From positions 1 to 32,589 of the forward strand of contig JBFWJG010000028.1 in assembly GCA_050253335.1 (NCBI GenBank): a stretch of 32,589 nucleotides of DNA, read 5' to 3'. Each line of letters begins with the position of its first letter. The first letter of the stretch is position 1. The DNA is from Deferribacterales bacterium. GTDB lineage: Bacteria > Chrysiogenota > Deferribacteres > Deferribacterales > Geovibrionaceae. Shown one piece after another: positions 27,209 to 32,589 of the stretch. The notes below the pieces were generated by a model, which saw only the letters and a program-made list of their open reading frames with translations, ran no database searches and had not been told where the DNA came from. The translations under genes were made by a program, and so were the position numbers.

Positions 27209-29329
27209 ATGGAAAAGCAAAATATTACAGTTTCCCATGATGAAAAGTTCGATATAGGCACAGAAGAGCCGGTGCCGTTCAAATTAGGCGACTGGTACTG
27301 GCTGCCCACAGAAGGCAACGCCAAAGAACTCTCGAAATACAATGCCCATGTAACCAAGGTAATCGATGGAAAGATATATTCCCTGTTCACAGTGACGAAC
27401 ATCAATAGTAATGCGGTGGATTTTGAGGCTCCACGCACAACTTCTGAACGTGAAACATGGCGCCTTATGACTGCCGAAGTTGATATGCGGTGCTTCATAG
27501 AGCCGGAGAGCGCAAAGATAATTCAGCAGTTTGTAGGAAGGAAGCAGGAGATGATACAGACAGCTTTAGGCAAGCTCCAGCTTAAAAGTGCCGGGCTCGG
27601 GCTTATGAAGCTCGACAGTCAACAGGAACAGTCCGATTCTCCATCAACTGAGCTGGTCATACATTCCACTGACACCGTTCTTAAAGAGTATAAAGAAGGA
27701 CTTCTTGAGTTCAGGGATAAAACATATCCTGCAACGAAAGAACTGATTCATAAAGAAATATCCATTCTTTCGGCGTGGATGTCTGCGAATATGATAGGTC
27801 TTAAAGCATCGTTAGAACCTGTGGGAGAGTCGATAAAGAAAATACAGGGCAAGCTGGAGACAATCTCTCTTTATACGGGGCTTACAGAAGAGCTTCTCCA
27901 TGTCAGAAAAGGAAAGCCCGCCGGCATAGACGAAAAAATCAACATCTTTCAGCAGCTCCTTTACATGGATGAGGAATCCCTGCTTAGTTACAGCGACGGC
28001 GGCATGGAATTCAAAGACATACATGCTTTTAATAAGTGGCTTTGCAAACCGGAGAACTTTGAAAGAATTCTGCCGTTTTCGAAAACCATAGTTGCGTTTC
28101 AGGTAAGAAGGAAAACTAAAGAAAGAAAATACGAATTAGACCCATGGGTGCGCATCGAACTTGAAAAACAGGATAAACTGACCTTCCTTTATGTCAGAAA
28201 CGGTGAGAATCTCTGGCTGTTGAGCACTGATTTCGAATTCGGTGAATTCCTCTATGAAAAGAGAACGATCCCTTGGGATGCAAACTCTCAGCTTTTTGTA
28301 AAGGCAGAGCTATGGGGGCGCAGTGTCAAGAAGGCGGAATTCAAAGATGAAACGACCCTCCGCAATCTCTGGGAAACATGGGAAGGTAAAAAGACTGTAT
28401 ACCGCCAGAAAGAACTTTTCGGCAGTTACGAGCCTGAAGGTCCGGCGGTAAAGAGAAGACGGAATGACTCGGAGGCGGTAATTGAGCTCTCTTATGATTA
28501 TAAAGAAAACTTGAGGACGGTAAGTATTTATGAAGAAGGCCACTACACTCCTGGTGCTTATGAGAGGTTCGATGCGGACTATCTGTACTTTGACGAGGTT
28601 TCAGATTACGTGTTTAACGAACTCTCAAAGGAAAATACGTTTTTTGTGATCCTCCAGGGATTGCTTGATCGCTCCGCTGTGCTCCAGCCTATTCCCCGCA
28701 TTTCTCTCAAACGCCTTAAAGCCTTTGAGCATATCAATCTTATAACCTCTCACGGAGCTATTTACGAGGGTGCAGAGCCGCCTTCAATCGAAGATTATTT
28801 AACAGGGCTCAACTCCACAGTCAAGACAGGAGATGTTTTTTACGGTCAGTACAAAATGTGGGTCGAAAAAGAATACGAGAAATATCTTAATAGAACCGGA
28901 AGTGCGTGGAACTTTTCGGACAGGAAAACAGACAGGTGGGTCGCCAGTATGCTTAAAAACAGAGGAAATCCAGGCCCTTCTGTACTGTCAGCCTGCGAAA
29001 AAGTTCGGAACGGTAAGCACGGGAGGACCATTGTTTTTTCATGGCTGAGAAAGTTGAACTGTCGTGGCTGGTGGGACACGAGCGATCCGGATAAGAGAGC
29101 GACTATAGAAATCCCTTTTAATGAATCAGAACCGCACAGAATTTACAACCTGTCCAACTATAAAAAAGGCGACTTCCTGAAATTCTTCAGAGACCCGAGG
29201 ACAAGAAAAGAATATCTTGAATGGGCTCCTGTACTTTTAAGCGGCGAAGACCTTGTTTCCGGCCGCAGTGAATATTGGTGCCCTGAAACGAATTCGTTTC
29301 GTACTCTCGATTGCAGGGTAAAAGCATGA
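27209..29329 (+). CDS. Large hypothetical phage protein (706 aa)
   Basis: Long uninterrupted ORF, AAGGA RBS; no catalytic motif recognised. Confidence 0.8.
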   Translation: MEKQNITVSHDEKFDIGTEEPVPFKLGDWYWLPTEGNAKELSKYNAHVTKVIDGKIYSLFTVTNINSNAVDFEAPRTTSERETWRLMTAEVDMRCFIEPESAKIIQQFVGRKQEMIQTALGKLQLKSAGLGLMKLDSQQEQSDSPSTELVIHSTDTVLKEYKEGLLEFRDKTYPATKELIHKEISILSAWMSANMIGLKASLEPVGESIKKIQGKLETISLYTGLTEELLHVRKGKPAGIDEKINIFQQLLYMDEESLLSYSDGGMEFKDIHAFNKWLCKPENFERILPFSKTIVAFQVRRKTKERKYELDPWVRIELEKQDKLTFLYVRNGENLWLLSTDFEFGEFLYEKRTIPWDANSQLFVKAELWGRSVKKAEFKDETTLRNLWETWEGKKTVYRQKELFGSYEPEGPAVKRRRNDSEAVIELSYDYKENLRTVSIYEEGHYTPGAYERFDADYLYFDEVSDYVFNELSKENTFFVILQGLLDRSAVLQPIPRISLKRLKAFEHINLITSHGAIYEGAEPPSIEDYLTGLNSTVKTGDVFYGQYKMWVEKEYEKYLNRTGSAWNFSDRKTDRWVASMLKNRGNPGPSVLSACEKVRNGKHGRTIVFSWLRKLNCRGWWDTSDPDKRATIEIPFNESEPHRIYNLSNYKKGDFLKFFRDPRTRKEYLEWAPVLLSGEDLVSGRSEYWCPETNSFRTLDCRVKA

Positions 29330-30168
29330 GGCAGCCGGTTCCCTTCTATCAAGACGATTTCGTTACGCTCTACAATGCCGACTGTTTTGAGATTGCTAAA
29401 GAGCTTGGTTTGCAGGCAAATATGGTTCTCACTGATCCTCCGTATGGGTGTACTGAGCAAAAATGGGATATTGGGATAAGCTGGCATGAATTTTGGCAAA
29501 TGATTCGCAATTGTTCAAAAAAGACAGCCGTTATCACATTCAGTATAAACCTTGTCGGCTGCGCTGAAGCTATGGCTACATCAACAGTGCCTTTCCGTTT
29601 TGCGTGGCATTGGCGGAAAAACAAAGGAACAAACCACCTGAACAAAAAGAACCAACCTCTCAGGGTGATAGAGCATTTTCCTGTTTTTTGCAACACAACG
29701 CCCCCCTACTATCCTCAAATGTCAGAGGGTCTCCCTCAGAATTTTGCTGTTTCAAGGGAAAGTAACATCTTCAATAGAACAGTTCCGGTAGAAAGCAGGA
29801 CTGGAGCTAAAGATCGTTTCCCATTCAATGTTATTGAGGACTTTCCGGAGCTCCTTATTAGTTGCCCCGTCGTTAACAACGACAGCTCAGACAGGATACA
29901 CACAAACCAGAAACCGATAGAGTTGTACGAGTATCTAATACTCACACACACCAAATTAGGCGACACTGTTTATGATGGATATGCCGGTTCAGGTAATGTG
30001 GCTAAGGCCGCCCGTAATACAGGCAGAAAAGCCGTCATAGTGGAGAAAAGCACAGAGCAGTGTGAAAAAATTGTTGCGAGTCTCAAAGGTGAAAAGCCAC
30101 ACTTACGTCCTAAAGGGCTTACAATCGAAGACTTTATCAATGAATTGGAGAATGAAGAATGCGTTTAA
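29326..30168 (+). CDS. Orphan N6-adenine/N4-cytosine DNA methyltransferase (beta class)
   Basis: TDPPYG catalytic motif before HTNQKP and YDGYAGSG (motif I variant); ATGA overlap at 29326. Confidence 0.9.
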   Translation: MRQPVPFYQDDFVTLYNADCFEIAKELGLQANMVLTDPPYGCTEQKWDIGISWHEFWQMIRNCSKKTAVITFSINLVGCAEAMATSTVPFRFAWHWRKNKGTNHLNKKNQPLRVIEHFPVFCNTTPPYYPQMSEGLPQNFAVSRESNIFNRTVPVESRTGAKDRFPFNVIEDFPELLISCPVVNNDSSDRIHTNQKPIELYEYLILTHTKLGDTVYDGYAGSGNVAKAARNTGRKAVIVEKSTEQCEKIVASLKGEKPHLRPKGLTIEDFINELENEECV

Positions 30169-30596
30169 AAGAGAATAAGGTGATCGTTTTTCTTAGACTA
30201 CCTGAAACGAAGCGCTTTTTTAATACACTTTTGTTAACTATTTTGTTGGGTTATTTTCCGTTAATCATGTTTGTTTTTGATCTTTATTTCATGTTTACGA
30301 GCACAGGTATTATGTTTGTTTTTTCAAGCGTAGCAGCCTTATCCATAGTCTATTTTTTTTATAGATTCCAGTTTAATATATTTAAAGACACAATTCTTCT
30401 GTTCAAAGCAGCGAGAATTACATGGAAAATAAGAAATATCCTTGATGTTAACGCTCACGATACGGTTGAAAGCTTGCTTTGGCTCAAAGACCATTTACAC
30501 AAGCACGGGGCTGATGATTTGTTCAAAATAATTGAAGAAAAATACAATAGACGGCTGGAAGAGCTTAATAAAGAAGCTCAAAAAAGACGGGAGTAG
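30159..30596 (+). CDS. Hypothetical phage membrane protein (two TM segments)
   Basis: Hydrophobic N-terminal half, charged helical C-terminus; overlaps the MTase end. Confidence 0.7.
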   Translation: MRLKENKVIVFLRLPETKRFFNTLLLTILLGYFPLIMFVFDLYFMFTSTGIMFVFSSVAALSIVYFFYRFQFNIFKDTILLFKAARITWKIRNILDVNAHDTVESLLWLKDHLHKHGADDLFKIIEEKYNRRLEELNKEAQKRRE

Positions 30597-30624
30597 CTAC
30601 ACTTTGAGACATTGGAGGATTGAC

Positions 30625-31260
30625 ATGAAAATGCCTGCAATTAAGAATTATGAAAAACTGACTGCTGCTGATAATTTTATCCGTAAGTTTGCAAAATGGG
30701 TAAATGCCTTTGAAAACAAATCTTATGACTATGAAGAAAGGGTAAAGGGGTTCATAAAGTGGTTCAGAAAAAACTGGCCGAAGCATGAGCGGACATTTGA
30801 TCTCTTGTTCCTCGGATATGTGACTCTGCATCAAAACGCTTGTGATCCTGACGCATACACATTGGAGTTTCGTCCGGATATCAAGACTTTTCTTGATGCC
30901 GGGGGTATAGACAATCTTAAAAGATTGGAAGAACATTTCAAGGCTGTCACAAAGCATACCCTATGCTCTAAGTGCAGCGGCTCAGGCGTTTTTCTTTACG
31001 CAAATACAGCAACATGGAGAAGCCGCCCGGGAACGATTGCTGGTAGTGCCATGACCTCAGATGTTTGCGATGAATGCTGGGGCACAGGCGACACAGAGAG
31101 AAAAGGTCGCAATCTCAAAGAAGATGAAATCAATGCTTTGAAAATAAAGCTCGGTCTTTTACGTGAGCTTCAGCAGGAAGCGAGCATCGACAATGTAAAA
31201 ATTGAGCAGCGCATAAAACGTTTAGAAAGGCAAATTGCGGACTATAAAGGAGAAAAATAA
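30625..31260 (+). CDS. Phage protein with a DnaJ-type Zn finger (two CxxCxGxG) and C-terminal coiled coil
   Basis: CSKCSGSG and CDECWGTG; GGAGG RBS before ATG 30625. Confidence 0.75.
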   Translation: MKMPAIKNYEKLTAADNFIRKFAKWVNAFENKSYDYEERVKGFIKWFRKNWPKHERTFDLLFLGYVTLHQNACDPDAYTLEFRPDIKTFLDAGGIDNLKRLEEHFKAVTKHTLCSKCSGSGVFLYANTATWRSRPGTIAGSAMTSDVCDECWGTGDTERKGRNLKEDEINALKIKLGLLRELQQEASIDNVKIEQRIKRLERQIADYKGEK

Positions 31261-31850
31261 TGAAAGATTTTGGCCATTATCCGTGGAGTACGGATTATAA
31301 GAGATTATGGGAGATGATCGGGGAGTTTATAAAAGAACATGACGGACAAGTCCTATGGGAAGATATCAATATCATTGCTCTGTATGATATGACGTGGTCA
31401 GATAAGGATCATTTGGGCGGCATAATTGTTAATCACAATGAAGACGATGGAATGGGTATTCATATTGGTAATGACCCAGGTGTTGCATGCATTGATGAGA
31501 TAGACGACTCTGAGGATTTCGGATATTGGGCTTTTTCTATCAATCTGCGGTTTCTTGATCCTCGCTCATGTGATCCTCTTTATCTAACAAACACCCTACT
31601 TGAAAAACAAGTGGAAGAACTGAAGATTGCTCTGCAAGAAGCTGTTTGTTGGCACAAATATCCAGAAAGAATTCCAACAGAAGGGGAACAGGTTATTGTC
31701 GAACATAAGAATGGAGATATAGTCAAAAGGCGATACTGCGAAGAGGTAGAACAGTGGATTTTCTTTGACCACCCAGAGAATAATCCTGTAGTACGTTGGA
31801 CACCGTTTCCTAAAGACTCAGAAAACTACAGTATTAATGAGAATGAATGA
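31260..31850 (+). CDS. Hypothetical phage protein: YPWSTDYK domain plus DUF551-like C-terminus
   Basis: N-terminal ~105 aa aligns with 26412..26840; C-terminal WHKYPERIP..GEQVIV...VVRWTPFP. Confidence 0.75.
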   Translation: MKDFGHYPWSTDYKRLWEMIGEFIKEHDGQVLWEDINIIALYDMTWSDKDHLGGIIVNHNEDDGMGIHIGNDPGVACIDEIDDSEDFGYWAFSINLRFLDPRSCDPLYLTNTLLEKQVEELKIALQEAVCWHKYPERIPTEGEQVIVEHKNGDIVKRRYCEEVEQWIFFDHPENNPVVRWTPFPKDSENYSINENE

Positions 31851-31897
31851 GCAAATTTGAACAATTAACATATAATTGAATTGCAGGAGTTGAACTG

Positions 31898-32278
31898 GTG
31901 ATAGGCAAACAATTTAATATTAATTCTAATGTTTTAACGAGTAATATGAAAGGTTCTAATAACACGATCGTTATTAATGGTAAATCGTACAGAGGAAATA
32001 GTATATCTATCTCTGGTGACGGAGAAGTTATTATTGATGGTATTAAGCAAGATTCTGTCATTGGTAAAATATCTGTCACTCTCAATGGAGATGCTGATTC
32101 AATCGAACTTGAGTCAGGAGAGGTTGTTGCAAATAATGTTGGCAATATCAGCACCCAGAGTGGCGATGTGAAATGCGGTAATGTTTCCGGTTCAGTACAA
32201 ACAATGAGTGGAGATGTGCGAGCTGATAAAATTATGGGAAGCGCTCACACTATGAGCGGTGACATAATATCAAGATAA
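31898..32278 (+). CDS. Small beta-repeat protein (DUF4097-like T[QM]SGD[VI] repeats)
   Basis: ISTQSGDV / VQTMSGDV / AHTMSGDI repeats; GGAG RBS; AT-rich. Confidence 0.7.
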   Translation: MIGKQFNINSNVLTSNMKGSNNTIVINGKSYRGNSISISGDGEVIIDGIKQDSVIGKISVTLNGDADSIELESGEVVANNVGNISTQSGDVKCGNVSGSVQTMSGDVRADKIMGSAHTMSGDIISR

Positions 32279-32322
32279 AGATATACGCAATTTCTCTGAT
32301 TAAATAAAAAATATTCCTCTAT

Positions 32323-32349
32323 AGCCTGTCATCTTAGATGGGCTTTTTA
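32323..32349 (+). terminator. Rho-independent terminator closing the early operon
   Basis: AGCCTGTC-atctta-GATGGGCT-TTTT. Confidence 0.7.
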
Positions 32350-32547
32350 TTATACTTGAGAGCGAAGGGAAACGCATTTCGCAACTCTACCCCCTTTAAA
32401 TCATAACATATCCTCTTAGAACGCAAAATATAGGTTAACAATGTCAGATCGTAATCATTTTCCAAGTAATATTTCAATTCAGAAACGGTCGTTTTTGTAT
32501 TGAAAAATTATATTTATAGAATATTTTATGGTTAGACGGAGGCTAAT

Positions 32548-32589
32548 ATGAAATTTAGAAAATTAAGAAGAGAGGCTAAGAGCTTTTTT
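32548..32589 (+). CDS. 5' end of an unknown gene cut by the window edge
   Basis: GGAGG RBS, then ATG: MKFRKLRREAKSFF. Confidence 0.5.
   Translation, partial: MKFRKLRREAKSFF

Larger units (their letters stand above)
23571..32589. mobile_element. Prophage or phage-like element; one end plus early region, continuing beyond the window
   Basis: att remnant, CI-like repressor, and a divergent, tightly packed co-directional operon with YopX, a DNA MTase, a radical SAM protein, tRNAs and hypotheticals. Confidence 0.85.

Noticed and set aside
30159..30596. Holin
   Set aside because: No adjacent endolysin or spanin, and it lies in the early region
26412..31850. Diversity-generating retroelement TR/VR pair
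   Set aside because: Similarity is mainly at protein level, differences are not adenine-specific, and there is no reverse transcriptase in the window

Overview
The window is from a Gram-negative, probably anaerobic bacterium. Protein styles suggest Deferribacterota, but that is a low-confidence inference. It has three zones. (1) 1-19031 is GC-balanced chromosome: a dCache/PAS histidine kinase cut by the window edge, an RND efflux operon divergent from a CpxRA-like pair with a perfect CpxR-type box, an ECF sigma/anti-sigma/periplasmic-protein module, perR-katA with a Per box, an MCP, a DUF438/hemerythrin/PAS protein with an FNR-type class II promoter, and an LpxR-family deacylase. (2) 19043-23570 is an AT-rich defence islet with a RelE/YafQ-type toxin-antitoxin pair and a 1217-aa Dsr1-like SIR2 protein. 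(3) From a tRNA-Pro 3'-end remnant (att core, 23571-23593, flanked on both sides by arm-like tandem repeats) to the end is one end of a prophage. It holds a CI-like repressor and a divergent early operon: an unannotated 46-aa highly acidic protein, two tRNAs (Pro-UGG, Gln-UUG) with atypical 1-72 pairs in densely structured RNA, a Zn-finger protein, a radical SAM enzyme, YopX, two copies of a domain I do not recognise (YPWSTDYK...RFLDP), a 706-aa unknown and a DNA methyltransferase. No integrase or CRISPR array is visible.
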